A stretch of DNA of 64,000 bases from Gemmatimonadota bacterium (GCA_965116475.1 OZ220691.1:640001-704000), one strand, 5' to 3'; positions 9,069 through 18,979 are shown, counted from the first letter of the stretch. A program made the numbers and translations. The notes: a model not told the origin generated them from the sequence alone.

Positions 9069-10289
9069 TCAGTGCTCGTCCGAGTCGGGTTCGCGGCCGG
9101 CCGACAGGATGCGGGCGACTTCCTCCACGTCCTTGTCGCCCCGGCCGCTGAGACAGATGACGACGCGGCTCCCCGCCCAGCGCGCGGCTTCCCGCCGCAG
9201 GCCCGCCAGCGCGTGGGCGCTCTCGAGCGCCGGGATCAGCCCCTCGAGCCGGCAGAGGTCCCGGAACGCCGCGAGGGCCTCCTCATCCGTCACCGATTCG
9301 TAGCGGACCTGTCCCGTCTCCTTGAGCCACGAATGCTCCGGGCCGACGCCGGGATAGTCGAGGCCGGCGGACACGGAGTGGGCGGGAACGACCTGCCCGT
9401 CCTCGTCCTGGAGCAGGTAGCTGTAGTTGCCGTGAAGCACCCCGGGCTCGCCGGCCGTGAGCGAGGCGGAGTGCCGGCCCGTCTCGACGCCGTGCCCCGC
9501 CGCCTCCACGCCGACGAGGGCGACGCGCGCCCCCGCCGCGACCTCACGGTTGCGCTCGATGAAGGGGGTGAAGATGCCGATCGCGTTGGAGCCGCCGCCC
9601 ACGCAGGCGAAGACCGCGTCCGGCTCCACGCCGCGGTCGGCGAGTTGCCCGACCGTCTCGTCGCCGATCACGCGCTGGAAGTCGCGCACAAGTTCCGGAT
9701 AGGGCGCGGGGCCGACGACGGAGCCGATGATGTAGTGCGTCGTGTCCACGTTCGTGACCCAGTCGCGGATCGCCTCGTTCGTCGCGTCCTTGAGCGTCCG
9801 GCTCCCGCTCGACACCGGGATGACCTCGGCGCCCAGCATCTCCATGCGCTCGACGTTGAGCGCCTGCCGGCGCATGTCCTCCTCGCCCATGTAGACGGCG
9901 CACTCGAAGTCGAGCGCCGCGCAGGCCGTGGCCGTCGCCACGCCGTGCTGGCCCGCGCCCGTCTCGGCGATGATCCGGGCCTTGTTCATGCGTTTCGCGA
10001 GCAGCGCCTGGCCGATCGTGTTGTTGATCTTGTGGGCGCCCGTGTGGTTGAGATCCTCGCGCTTCAGCCACAGGTCGAGCCCGAGGTCCGCCCCCAGGCG
10101 CGGCGCCCGGTAGAGCGGCGTCGGCCGTCCCACGTAGTGCGCGAGGCTGGCATCGAGCGCCGCCCGGAAGGCGGGATCGTCGCGGGCTTCGGCCCATGCA
10201 GCGGTGAGTTCATCGAGCGCCGGGATCAACGTCTCGGGCACGAACTGCCCGCCGAAGTCGCCGAACCAGCCGGGGGCCGGGCTGCTCAT
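9069..10289 (-). CDS. trpB: Tryptophan synthase beta subunit
   Basis: [43 protein letters not shown] motifs; ATG at 10289 overlaps trpF stop. Confidence 0.97.
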   Translation of the reverse strand: MSSPAPGWFGDFGGQFVPETLIPALDELTAAWAEARDDPAFRAALDASLAHYVGRPTPLYRAPRLGADLGLDLWLKREDLNHTGAHKINNTIGQALLAKRMNKARIIAETGAGQHGVATATACAALDFECAVYMGEEDMRRQALNVERMEMLGAEVIPVSSGSRTLKDATNEAIRDWVTNVDTTHYIIGSVVGPAPYPELVRDFQRVIGDETVGQLADRGVEPDAVFACVGGGSNAIGIFTPFIERNREVAAGARVALVGVEAAGHGVETGRHSASLTAGEPGVLHGNYSYLLQDEDGQVVPAHSVSAGLDYPGVGPEHSWLKETGQVRYESVTDEEALAAFRDLCRLEGLIPALESAHALAGLRREAARWAGSRVVICLSGRGDKDVEEVARILSAGREPDSDEH

Positions 10290-10915
10290 TTCGCGGCCGC
10301 CAGGAATTCGAGGATGAGGTCGAGCGACTTCTCCCCCGGAGCCCGCTCGACGCCCGAGGAGACATCGACGATGTCCGGACGCACGTCCCGGATCGCGCGC
10401 GCCACGTTGTCCGCGTTCAGCCCGCCCGCGAGCGCGAGCCCGCACCCGTCCCGTTCCAGCTCCGCCAGCCACTCGTGGGGGAAGCCCGTCCCGGTGCCGC
10501 CGGGTCCGCGCGGCGAGAACCCCTCCACGAGGATCGCGTCCGCCGCCTCCCGGTACTCGTCCCACCCCCGGGCCAGCGCGTCGCTCGACGTGGGCCGGAG
10601 GCCCTTCCAGACGTCCAGCCCCTCGTCGCGCAGGCGGTCGCAGAGTTCGGGCGGCTCGGAGCCGGCGAGCTGCGCGACGTGGAACTCCGCGATGTCCCGT
10701 TTGACGAGGATCTCCGCCGGGCCCGCGTCCACGAACACCCCCACGGCGCGCGTGCCGCCTTCGAGCGCCTCCACGACCCCGGCGGCTTCCCCGGCCGTGA
10801 TCTCCCGCACCCGGCCGGCGAACACCACGCCCACGTAGTCCGCGCCGGCGCGGGAGGTGGCCGTGGCGTGCCGGGGCTCCCGGAGACCGCAGATCTTCAC
10901 CCTGGCCCGGCTCAT
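10286..10915 (-). CDS. trpF: Phosphoribosylanthranilate isomerase
   Basis: [22 protein letters not shown] motifs. Confidence 0.95.
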   Translation of the reverse strand: MSRARVKICGLREPRHATATSRAGADYVGVVFAGRVREITAGEAAGVVEALEGGTRAVGVFVDAGPAEILVKRDIAEFHVAQLAGSEPPELCDRLRDEGLDVWKGLRPTSSDALARGWDEYREAADAILVEGFSPRGPGGTGTGFPHEWLAELERDGCGLALAGGLNADNVARAIRDVRPDIVDVSSGVERAPGEKSLDLILEFLAAAK

Positions 10916-11763
10916 GGCGCGCCGTCTCCGTCGGCCGCGGCGTCGGCGCCGGCCGGCTGCATCCGGCCGCTCCGGGGCCGCCGGGGATGGCCGACGAGCG
11001 CCTCGACCCCCGCCGCCGGATCGCCCGCCATCAGCCAGCCGCCGACCAGCACCGCGTCCGACCCCGCTGAGCCCGCCGCCGCCGCGTCCTCCGCGGACCG
11101 GATCCCGCTCTCCGCTACGGCCACGACATCCGCCGGAAGCGCCTCGATCAAGCTCAGCGAGCGCGCGAGGTCCACCTCGAAGGTCGCCAGGTCCCGCGCG
11201 TTCACGCCGACGATCCGGGCCCCGGCTTCGAGCGCCCTCCCGATCTCCTCCTCCTCGTGGGCCTCCACGAGCGCCGCGAGGCCGAGGTCGTCCGCGAGTT
11301 CGAGCAGTTCCCGCAGCCGGGCGTCGGCGAGCGCGCGCACGATGAGCAGGATCGCATCCGCGCCCGCGGCCCGCGCCTCGTACAACTGGACGGGATCTAG
11401 CGTGAAATCCTTGCGGAGGACGGGAACCCCCACGGCGTCCTTCGCCGACCTCAGATCGTCCAGCGAGCCGCCGAAGTAGCGTTCATCCGTGAGGACCGAA
11501 ATCGCGGCCGCCCCCCCGGAGGCGTACACGCTCGCCACGCCCGCCGCCTGGGCGTACGGGTTGATGTCGCCGGCGGAGGGCGAACGGCGCTTGAACTCCG
11601 CGACGACGGAGACTTCCCCGGGTCGGCGCAGGGACGCCTCGAAACCGCGCGGGGGCGGGGCTCCCTCCGCCTGCGCGCGAATCGCGCTCCGGAACAACTG
11701 GAGCCGCGCGACCTCTTCCCGCTTCGCCGCGAGGATCTCGTCGAGAATCGTGTCGTGTGCCAT
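10912..11763 (-). CDS. trpC: Indole-3-glycerol phosphate synthase
   Basis: [37 protein letters not shown] motifs; start taken at [13 protein letters not shown]. Confidence 0.96.
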   Translation of the reverse strand: MAHDTILDEILAAKREEVARLQLFRSAIRAQAEGAPPPRGFEASLRRPGEVSVVAEFKRRSPSAGDINPYAQAAGVASVYASGGAAAISVLTDERYFGGSLDDLRSAKDAVGVPVLRKDFTLDPVQLYEARAAGADAILLIVRALADARLRELLELADDLGLAALVEAHEEEEIGRALEAGARIVGVNARDLATFEVDLARSLSLIEALPADVVAVAESGIRSAEDAAAAGSAGSDAVLVGGWLMAGDPAAGVEALVGHPRRPRSGRMQPAGADAAADGDGAP

Positions 11764-11837
11764 GGGCGCCAAGCTGCGACCGCCGCTATCCCGCCGCAAA
11801 ACCTCGGCGGCCGCGCCGGTTCGCGTGGAAGGTTGCG

Positions 11838-11875
11838 CTTCGGTGCATGTTCGGGTACATTCGGGTATCCTTCGG
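11838..11875 (+). promoter_or_regulatory. Candidate LexA operator: four phased TTCGG direct repeats
   Basis: TTCGG at 11839, 11850, 11860 and 11871 (spacing 11/10/11) in the trpC-lexA divergent intergenic region. Confidence 0.5.
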
Positions 11876-11932
11876 CCCGCCGCAAGCGTCTGGGCGGGCG
11901 CGGTGCGGAACCTGCGAGCGGAGTGAGAAACG

Positions 11933-12541
11933 ATGGCGCTTACGAAGCGACAGCGGGAGATGCTGGACTTCCTCGAGGGCTTCATCCGGTTCCGCGGGTA
12001 TTCCCCGAGCTTCGAGGAGATCGCGGAGGAGTTCGGCTACCGCTCGCTGGCGACGGTGCACGAACACCTTCAGAACCTGCAGGCGAAGGGGTATATCCGA
12101 AAGAACTACAATGAGAGTCGGTCGGTCGAACTGGTGGAGGGAAAGCTCCAGGTCGCCGCGGTCGAACTGCCGCTGTACGGCAACGTGGCGGCGGGTCAGC
12201 CCATAGAGGTCATCGAGGAGCAGGAGACGGTCTCCGTCCCCGAAGACATGATCGCGGGCTCCCTGAGCGAACACTATGTGCTTCGGGTGCGCGGCGATTC
12301 GATGATCGACGAACAGATCCGCGACGGCGACTACGTCATCGTCCAGTCGCGCGAAACGGCGCACAACGGCGAAATGGTGATCGCGCTCGTCGATGGCGAG
12401 AACGCCACCATGAAGAAGATCTACCTGGAGAAGGGCCGGATCCGGCTTCAGCCCGCGAACCCGGCGCTCACACCGATCTACCTGCACCCATCGCAGGTCA
12501 CGGTCCAGGGCGTGGTGATCGGAGTCATCCGGCGCTACTGA
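11933..12541 (+). CDS. lexA: SOS repressor LexA
   Basis: LTKRQ winged-HTH, VAAG cleavage site, GDSM catalytic Ser, ATMKK catalytic Lys. Confidence 0.97.
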   Translation: MALTKRQREMLDFLEGFIRFRGYSPSFEEIAEEFGYRSLATVHEHLQNLQAKGYIRKNYNESRSVELVEGKLQVAAVELPLYGNVAAGQPIEVIEEQETVSVPEDMIAGSLSEHYVLRVRGDSMIDEQIRDGDYVIVQSRETAHNGEMVIALVDGENATMKKIYLEKGRIRLQPANPALTPIYLHPSQVTVQGVVIGVIRRY

Positions 12542-12542
12542 C

Positions 12543-12668
12543 GCCCTGGACGAAACAACTCACTGCAGTTGACGGAGGACCGCTCTCGACTCCCCGAGAG
12601 TTCCCGTCCCGACGGCCACCCACCTCCCACAATAACCGTCGGGGCGGAGGTTCCCGTCCCGCCAGGGC
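12543..12668. repeat. Multi-hairpin/REP-like element between convergent lexA and trpD
   Basis: Pairings GCCCTGG/CCAGGGC (12543/12662), CAACT/AGTTG, CTCTCG/CGAGAG, 12-bp stem 12604-12615 with 12636-12647; GTTCCCGTCCCG repeated at 12600 and 12650. Confidence 0.55.
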
Positions 12669-13681
12669 TAGTTTGTCGGTCGAAACGATTGCAGGGATTG
12701 GAGTTGCGCCTCGGCGGCGCCTGAATCGATGGATTGCTCCGCGGCGGCGACGCCGGCGGCGAGGGTGTCCACGGCGCCGGCGGCCCAGAAGGCGGCGGCG
12801 GCGTTGAGCACGACGGCGGCGCGGCCGGCTCCGGCTTCGCGGCCGTCGATGACGCGCCGGACCCGTTCCGCGTTCTCCTCCGGTTCGCCCCCCGCCAGGT
12901 CGGAAGGCGCGTACTCCGGCCAGCCGAAGTCGGAGGGCGCGACCTCGAACTCGGACAGCGTCCCGTTTTCGATGCGGAAGACCCGGGTCGGGCCGAGGGG
13001 GCTCAGTTCGTCCATGCCGGGCTCGCCGTGGACGACGAGGGCGCGCTCGTGGCCAAGTTCGAGGAGGGTGTCGGCGACGAGGCGCTGAAGGTCGGGGTGG
13101 GCGACGCCGACGACCTGCCGCCGGACGCCGGCCGGGTTCGCGAGCGGGCCGAGGAGGTTCATGATCGTGGTCACGCCGAGCGCGGCGCGGACGGGGGCCA
13201 CGTGCCGCATGGCCGGGTGGTGGGCAGGCGCGAACATGAACACGAACCCGGTCTCCTCGAACATCCGCCTCTCGTCCGCGGGAGGGAGTTCGATGGCGAC
13301 GCCGAGGATCTCGAGCACGTCGGCGCTACCGCACTTCGAGGTGAACGAACGGTTTCCGTGCTTCGCGATGCGGACGCCGCCGCCCGCGGCGACGATGGCG
13401 GCCGCGGTCGAGATGTTAAAGGTGGTCAGCGTGCCGCCGCCGGTGCCGCAGGTGTCGATGATGCGGTCGTCGTCCAGGGCGAGCGGGATCATAGCCTTCC
13501 GCAGCGCGCGGACCCCGCCGGCCACCTCGGCGGGCGTTTCCCCGCGCATCCTGAGCGCGGCGAGGAGCGCGGCCATCTCGGCCTGCGTGGCCTCGCCGCT
13601 CATGAAGCGGTCGAAGGCGGCCTCCGCCGCCGCGGCATTGAGCGTCTCGCCGGAGAGGACGCGCCGGATCGTGTTCGTCAC
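12668..13681 (-). CDS. trpD: Anthranilate phosphoribosyltransferase
   Basis: DTCGTGG, FNIST, KHGNRS...GSAD, NLLGPLANP motifs; GTG start with GGGGA RBS. Confidence 0.96.
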   Translation of the reverse strand: MTNTIRRVLSGETLNAAAAEAAFDRFMSGEATQAEMAALLAALRMRGETPAEVAGGVRALRKAMIPLALDDDRIIDTCGTGGGTLTTFNISTAAAIVAAGGGVRIAKHGNRSFTSKCGSADVLEILGVAIELPPADERRMFEETGFVFMFAPAHHPAMRHVAPVRAALGVTTIMNLLGPLANPAGVRRQVVGVAHPDLQRLVADTLLELGHERALVVHGEPGMDELSPLGPTRVFRIENGTLSEFEVAPSDFGWPEYAPSDLAGGEPEENAERVRRVIDGREAGAGRAAVVLNAAAAFWAAGAVDTLAAGVAAAEQSIDSGAAEAQLQSLQSFRPTN

Positions 13682-13747
13682 CTGGTTTCCCCCTGGTTTC
13701 CTCTCGCCGGTTTCCCCTCGCAACCCGAAAATCGCTAGTCTTCGCGG

Positions 13748-14566
13748 ATGTCGGATGCGACCGCCGCGACCGCCCGCTTCCGGGCCACGATCGAGTACGA
13801 TGGGACCTCCTTCCACGGATCCCAACTACAGCCCGAGGCGCGCACCGTCCAGCGCGAGGTGGAGGAGGCGCTCGGGAAACTCTTCAATCGGCCGGTCCGC
13901 ATCGACCTCGCCGGCCGCACGGACGCGGGGGTTCACGCGACGGCGCAGGAGATCGGGTTCGACGCGGCCCACGCCTGGAGTCCGGAGGAACTGGCCCGGG
14001 CGCTCGGGGCCACTCTCCCCGACGATGTCACCGTCCGGAAGGTCAGCCGCGCGGCGTCCGATTTCCATCCGCGCTTCGACGCCGAAGGGCGCCGGTATCG
14101 CTACGTGGTCGCGGAAGGCGGCCTGAGGCAGCCGTTCCTGCGCGACCGCGTCTGGATCCCGCGCTGGCCGCTCGACCGCGAGGCGCTCGCCCGGCTGGCG
14201 GCGGCCATCCCCGGGGAACGGTCGTTCGAGCGCTTCGCCCGCGCCGGGCAGCCGGAGCGGGGGACGCGCTGCCGGGTCGCGAGCGCCGCCTGGAGCTTCG
14301 ACCGTCCGCCCTTCCTCTTCTTCGAGATCGTCGCCGACCGCTTCCTCCACCACATGGTGCGCTACCTCGTGGGGACCGCCGTGGAAATCGCCGCGGGGCG
14401 CCGTCCGTTCGAAGACTTCGAGCGATTGCTGGCGGGAGGCGCGGCATCGAGACCGGTCTTCCCTGCCCCGCCCGGCGGGCTCTACCTGACGGGCGTGCGC
14501 TACGGCGGCGAATGGAATGTCGGTCCCGGGGTCCCCTGGCTCCCGGCCGAAGGACATCGAACGTGA
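13748..14566 (+). CDS. truA: tRNA pseudouridine(38-40) synthase
   Basis: EYDGT.FHG.Q, AGRTDAGVHA, FHPRFDA, FLHHMVR motifs. Confidence 0.96.
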   Translation: MSDATAATARFRATIEYDGTSFHGSQLQPEARTVQREVEEALGKLFNRPVRIDLAGRTDAGVHATAQEIGFDAAHAWSPEELARALGATLPDDVTVRKVSRAASDFHPRFDAEGRRYRYVVAEGGLRQPFLRDRVWIPRWPLDREALARLAAAIPGERSFERFARAGQPERGTRCRVASAAWSFDRPPFLFFEIVADRFLHHMVRYLVGTAVEIAAGRRPFEDFERLLAGGAASRPVFPAPPGGLYLTGVRYGGEWNVGPGVPWLPAEGHRT

Positions 14567-14589
14567 ACCCTGCGGGGTGGTTCGGCGTA
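14565..14589 (+). promoter_or_regulatory. Putative ECF-sigma promoter of degP
   Basis: GAACC-N16-CGTA upstream of an HtrA protease gene. Confidence 0.45.
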
Positions 14590-14662
14590 CAGTTATCCTG
14601 TGGGCGGTCGCCGCGCGTGCCGGCGTGCCGCGCGGGCCTGAGGGTCTCACGAGGGACATGAG

Positions 14663-16192
14663 GTGGCGGAGTCCATGAACGAGGGAAATCGGGTCAGGAG
14701 AATGCTGGTGTCGGCCGCGCGCGTGTTCGTGGCGGCCACGGTCCTGATCTTCGCCGGCCTCGGCGTGGGGGCGCTCGTCACGACCCTTGGGGATGGGCCC
14801 CGGCAGCCGGAGGACGAGAGCCGGCCCGCGGACAACCCCTTTGCCCGCACCTCCCTGGCCGACCCCGCGAGTCGGCCCGCGAACCGGCCCACGCCCCAGT
14901 CGGTGGCCGAGATCTCGGGGGCCCGGCGGACGCCGACGGTCATCGCCGCGGTCCGCGTGCTCCCCTCGGTCGTGAGTCTCCGCACGGAGCGGACCGTTCA
15001 GTCGCAGGACATGTTCGCCCGCTTCTTCAACCGCGGCGGCCGTTCCCGGGTCGAGGCCGGCCTGGGTTCCGGCTTCGCCATCGACGACGCGGGCACGATC
15101 ATCACGAACGCGCACGTCGTGAGCGGGGCGGACCGCATCGAGGTCGTGGACCGCGACGGGCAGAGGTTCGAGGCCGAGGTGGTCGGCTTCGACGAACTCA
15201 CCGACCTCGCCGTCGTGCGGGTCCCGCCCGACCGGGTACCCGCGGCGCCGCTGGGCACGTCCTCGAACCTTCTCATCGGGGAGCCCGCGGTGGCGCTCGG
15301 GAATCCGTCCGGCTACGCCCTCCGCAACACCGAGGCGACGGTCACTTCGGGCGTGGTGAGCGGCGTGGGGCGCGACATCCAGGCGCCGGGCGGCCAGGAG
15401 GTGCTCTACGCCGACATGATCCAGACCGACGCGTCGATCAACCCGGGCAACTCGGGCGGGCCGCTGGCAAACGCGGACGGCGACGTCATCGGCGTGAACA
15501 GTTCGATCTTCTCCCGCTCCGGAGGATCGGAGGGGATGGGCTTCGCGATCCCCATCGACCGGGCGCTCGTCGTCGCCTCGGAACTCCTCCAGTTCGGGCG
15601 CGTGCGCCGGCCCTGGGCGGGACTGCAGGTGCTCACCGACCGGCCCGACCCCGAGTCCGTGTTCGGCCGGCCGCTCGTCGTCGAGGTCCTGGAGGGGACG
15701 CCGGCGGCCCACGCGGGGCTGCAGGCGGGCGACGAGATCGTGACCCTCAACGGGCGCGTCATCAACCACGACCTCGACTGGCAGGTGGGGCTGGTGGACT
15801 CCGGGGTGGGATCGACGGTGGACGTGACCTTCCAGAGGGGGGGACGGGAACTCCAGGCGCGCTTCCGGCTGGACGAGGTGCCGACGGGGCGGGCCGAGCG
15901 CATCGAGGTGCTCGCGGGGCTCCGGCTGATCACGGTCACGCCGCAGATCCAGCAGGAACTCAACCTCCGGGTCGACGCCGGCGCGCTCATCGCGTCCGTC
16001 GGGGAAGAGGCCCGCGGGACCCGGCTCCGCGAGGGGGACGTCATCCTCAGCATCAACCGCAACGAGGTGCGCTCCGCCGAGGACGCGGGCGAACTGTTCG
16101 AGTACTACGCGCGGTCCCGGGAAGGCTCGGTGCAGCTCTACATCGCGCGCGGAACGGAGATCGGATACCTCCAGCCCTTCCGCGTCCGCTGA
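14663..16192 (+). CDS. degP: HtrA/DegP-family serine protease with PDZ domains
   Basis: N-terminal TM helix, GSGF, TNAHV, TDLAV, IQTDASINPGNSGGPL, two PDZ-like regions. Confidence 0.92.
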   Translation: MAESMNEGNRVRRMLVSAARVFVAATVLIFAGLGVGALVTTLGDGPRQPEDESRPADNPFARTSLADPASRPANRPTPQSVAEISGARRTPTVIAAVRVLPSVVSLRTERTVQSQDMFARFFNRGGRSRVEAGLGSGFAIDDAGTIITNAHVVSGADRIEVVDRDGQRFEAEVVGFDELTDLAVVRVPPDRVPAAPLGTSSNLLIGEPAVALGNPSGYALRNTEATVTSGVVSGVGRDIQAPGGQEVLYADMIQTDASINPGNSGGPLANADGDVIGVNSSIFSRSGGSEGMGFAIPIDRALVVASELLQFGRVRRPWAGLQVLTDRPDPESVFGRPLVVEVLEGTPAAHAGLQAGDEIVTLNGRVINHDLDWQVGLVDSGVGSTVDVTFQRGGRELQARFRLDEVPTGRAERIEVLAGLRLITVTPQIQQELNLRVDAGALIASVGEEARGTRLREGDVILSINRNEVRSAEDAGELFEYYARSREGSVQLYIARGTEIGYLQPFRVR

Positions 16193-16302
16193 CCCGCCGG
16201 TTTCCGGGGCTTTTGCACAGGGCGGTCATGGGCTAGACTGCGACCTTACGGCGACCGAGGTCGCCCCGGGAGGGCCGCTGGCTGGATTGGACTGCGCCTC
16301 TG

Positions 16303-17733
16303 ATGGCGGAACGTCACTACCCACATCCTCTCATCGACCGCTACGCCTCGAGCGAGATGGCGGCGGTTTTCTCCCCTCGCATGCAGGCGCTCGTCTGGCG
16401 CGATCTGTGGATTGCGCTCGCGGAGGAAGAACGGGCGCTCGGCGTCGAGATTCCCAACGACGCCATCGTCGCGATGCACGCGGCGCGGGAGCAGATCGAC
16501 CTCGACCGGATCGCCGTCATCGAGCGCGATCTCCGTCACGACGTGATGGCGCACGTGCATCACTTCGGCGAGGTCGCCCCGGAGGCCCGGAAGTACATCC
16601 ACCTTGGCGCGACGAGCGCCTTCGTGGGCGACAACCACGGCCTCATCCAGCACCAGCAGGGTCTCGACATCGTGCGCGACCGGCTGCTGGGAACGATCGA
16701 GGACCTCGCCGCCTTCGCCCGCGCCCAGGCCGCCGAGCCGACCCTCGGCTACACGCACCTCCAGCCCGCCCAGCCGACGACGATCGGGAAGCGCGCCTGC
16801 CTCTGGCTCCAGGACCTCCTCTTCGACCTCGAGCAGATCGAAGCCGTGCGGGCGGAACTCCGCTTCCGGGGCGCGCGCGGCACGACGGGGACGGAGGCGA
16901 CGTTCCTCGAACTGTTCGACGGGGACGGCGGGAAGGTGGACCGGCTCAACGAGCGGCTCGCGGCGCGCTTCGGCTTCGCCGGCACGTACGACGTGATCGG
17001 CCAGACGTACCCGCGGAAGGTCGACCACCGGGCGCTCGCGGCGCTCGCCGGCATCGGCGCGTCAACGGCGCGCTTCGGGCACGACATCCGGATCCTGCAG
17101 GCGTTCGGCGAGATCGAGGAGCCGTTCGGGAAGCACCAGATCGGCTCGTCGGCGATGCCGTACAAGCGCAACCCCATGCGGAGCGAGCGGATCTGCGCGC
17201 TGGCTCGGCACCTCTGCACGCTGGAACTCGACGCGTCGTGGACCGCCTCCGTGCAGTGGTTCGAGCGCACGCTCGATGACTCCGCGAACCGCCGCATCTC
17301 GCTCCCGGAGGGCTACCTGTCGGCGGACGCGCTCCTCATCCTCGCGCGCAACGTGAGCGCGGGGCTCGTCGTCCACCCGGCCGTCGTGGCGCGCCGGCTG
17401 GGCCGGGCCCTCCCCTTCATGGTCACCGAGGAGATTTTGATCGCGGGCGTGAGGCGGGGCGGCGACCGGCAGGACCTGCACGAACGGGTGCGGGGGCACG
17501 CGCTCGCCGCGCGCGAACGGCTCGACGAGGGCGCGGAGGACAACGACTTCTTCGCGCGCATCGCCGCCGACGGCGCCTTCGGGCTCGGCATGGAGGAACT
17601 CCGCGCGCTCGCCGACCCGCACCGGCTCGTCGGCCGCTCCACCCACCAGGTGGAGCGCTTCCTGGCCAGGAGGATCGACCCGCTGTTCGAGGCCGCGGAC
17701 GCGCCGCGGCCCGCCGAGGAGGTCCGCGTATGA
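16303..17733 (+). CDS. purB: Adenylosuccinate lyase
   Basis: RHDVMAH, HLGATS, GSSAMPYKRNPM signature. Confidence 0.96.
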   Translation: MAERHYPHPLIDRYASSEMAAVFSPRMQALVWRDLWIALAEEERALGVEIPNDAIVAMHAAREQIDLDRIAVIERDLRHDVMAHVHHFGEVAPEARKYIHLGATSAFVGDNHGLIQHQQGLDIVRDRLLGTIEDLAAFARAQAAEPTLGYTHLQPAQPTTIGKRACLWLQDLLFDLEQIEAVRAELRFRGARGTTGTEATFLELFDGDGGKVDRLNERLAARFGFAGTYDVIGQTYPRKVDHRALAALAGIGASTARFGHDIRILQAFGEIEEPFGKHQIGSSAMPYKRNPMRSERICALARHLCTLELDASWTASVQWFERTLDDSANRRISLPEGYLSADALLILARNVSAGLVVHPAVVARRLGRALPFMVTEEILIAGVRRGGDRQDLHERVRGHALAARERLDEGAEDNDFFARIAADGAFGLGMEELRALADPHRLVGRSTHQVERFLARRIDPLFEAADAPRPAEEVRV

Positions 17734-17758
17734 CCGAAAGAAAACTCGAAAGGACACC

Positions 17759-18712
17759 ATGACCCAGACCACGCTCGGCGCGGACGCGCCGGCCGCGCTG
17801 CACGACATCGACCTCCCGCTGCCGCTTCTCCGCAAGGGGAAGGTGCGCTCGATGTACGACCTCGACGACCGCATCCTGATGGTCGCCAGCGACCGCATCA
17901 GCGCCTTCGACTGCGTGATCCCGAACCCCATCCCCCACAAGGGGGCCGTGCTCACCCAGCTTTCGGCGTTCTGGTTCGACCGCACGGCGGACATCGTGGG
18001 CAACCACCGCGTTGCAAGCGACCCGGCGGCCATCGCCGAGGCGGCGCCGGAACTCGCCGGCACGGCCGACACGTGGGGACACCGCGCCATGCTGGTCGAG
18101 AAGGCGCGGCCCCTGCCCGTCGAGTGCATCGTGCGGGGCTTCATCTCCGGCTCCGCGTGGAAGGAGTACAGCCGCCACGGGACGCTGGCGGGCGAACCCC
18201 TCCCGGAGGGACTGCGGGAGTCGGAGGAATATCCGGAACCGATCTTCTCGCCCTCGACGAAGGCCGAGGAGGGGCTTCACGACGAGAACATTACGTTCGG
18301 CCGCATGTGCGAGATCGTGGGGACGGAACTCGCGGAGGAACTGCGCGACATCAGCCTCGCGCTCTACGCCGCGGGCCGCGACACGCTCCGCGAGCGCGGC
18401 ATCATCCTCGCCGACACGAAGTACGAGTTCGGGCGCGGGGCGGACGGGCGCCTCATCCTCATCGACGAGGTGATGACCCCCGACTCCTCCCGCTTCTGGC
18501 CCGCCGATTCGTACCGGATCGGAGGCGGCCAGCCCTCGCTCGACAAGCAGCCCGTGCGCGACCACCTGCAGGAGATCGTCGGGCGCGGGGAATGGGACAA
18601 GACGCCGCCGGCGCCGGCGCTCCCGGAGGAAGTCATCCGCACGACCTCGGAGCGCTACCTGGAGGCCTTCCGGCGCATTGCGGGCCACGAACTCTACGAG
18701 GCGCCCGCATGA
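17759..18712 (+). CDS. purC: SAICAR synthetase
   Basis: GKVR, SDRISAFD, ADTKYEFG, DEVMTPDSSRFW, LDKQ motifs. Confidence 0.97.
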   Translation: MTQTTLGADAPAALHDIDLPLPLLRKGKVRSMYDLDDRILMVASDRISAFDCVIPNPIPHKGAVLTQLSAFWFDRTADIVGNHRVASDPAAIAEAAPELAGTADTWGHRAMLVEKARPLPVECIVRGFISGSAWKEYSRHGTLAGEPLPEGLRESEEYPEPIFSPSTKAEEGLHDENITFGRMCEIVGTELAEELRDISLALYAAGRDTLRERGIILADTKYEFGRGADGRLILIDEVMTPDSSRFWPADSYRIGGGQPSLDKQPVRDHLQEIVGRGEWDKTPPAPALPEEVIRTTSERYLEAFRRIAGHELYEAPA

Positions 18713-18966
18713 GCCGGGTCTGGTCCGTGGATGTCCGGGTCACGCCGCGGGAGGGGATCCTCGATCCGGCGGGGGAGACGATCCGCCGGGCGCTCGGGAA
18801 CCTCGGCTACGAGGGCGTACACTCGGTGCGCGCCGGACGGCTGATCCGTCTCGAGGTCGAAGCCGACGGGGCGGAGGCGGCCCGAGCCTCCACGGAAAAG
18901 ATGTGCGAACAGCTGATCGCGAACCCGATCATCGAAGACTACGTCGTGCGCGTGCGGGAGGGGTGA
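18709..18966 (+). CDS. purS: FGAM synthase subunit PurS
   Basis: ILDPAG and [10 protein letters not shown] motifs; ATGA overlap with purC. Confidence 0.93.
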   Translation: MSRVWSVDVRVTPREGILDPAGETIRRALGNLGYEGVHSVRAGRLIRLEVEADGAEAARASTEKMCEQLIANPIIEDYVVRVREG

Positions 18967-18979
18967 GAGGGGTGAACGG

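Noticed and set aside
12536..12560. Second CTGA...GGACGAAAC hammerhead-like string at the lexA stop
   Set aside because: No CUGANGA core and no proper stem II.
16240..16302. Purine/ZTP/PRPP riboswitch upstream of purB
   Set aside because: The leader is short, with only a GGCGACC/GGTCGCC hairpin; no recognisable riboswitch consensus.
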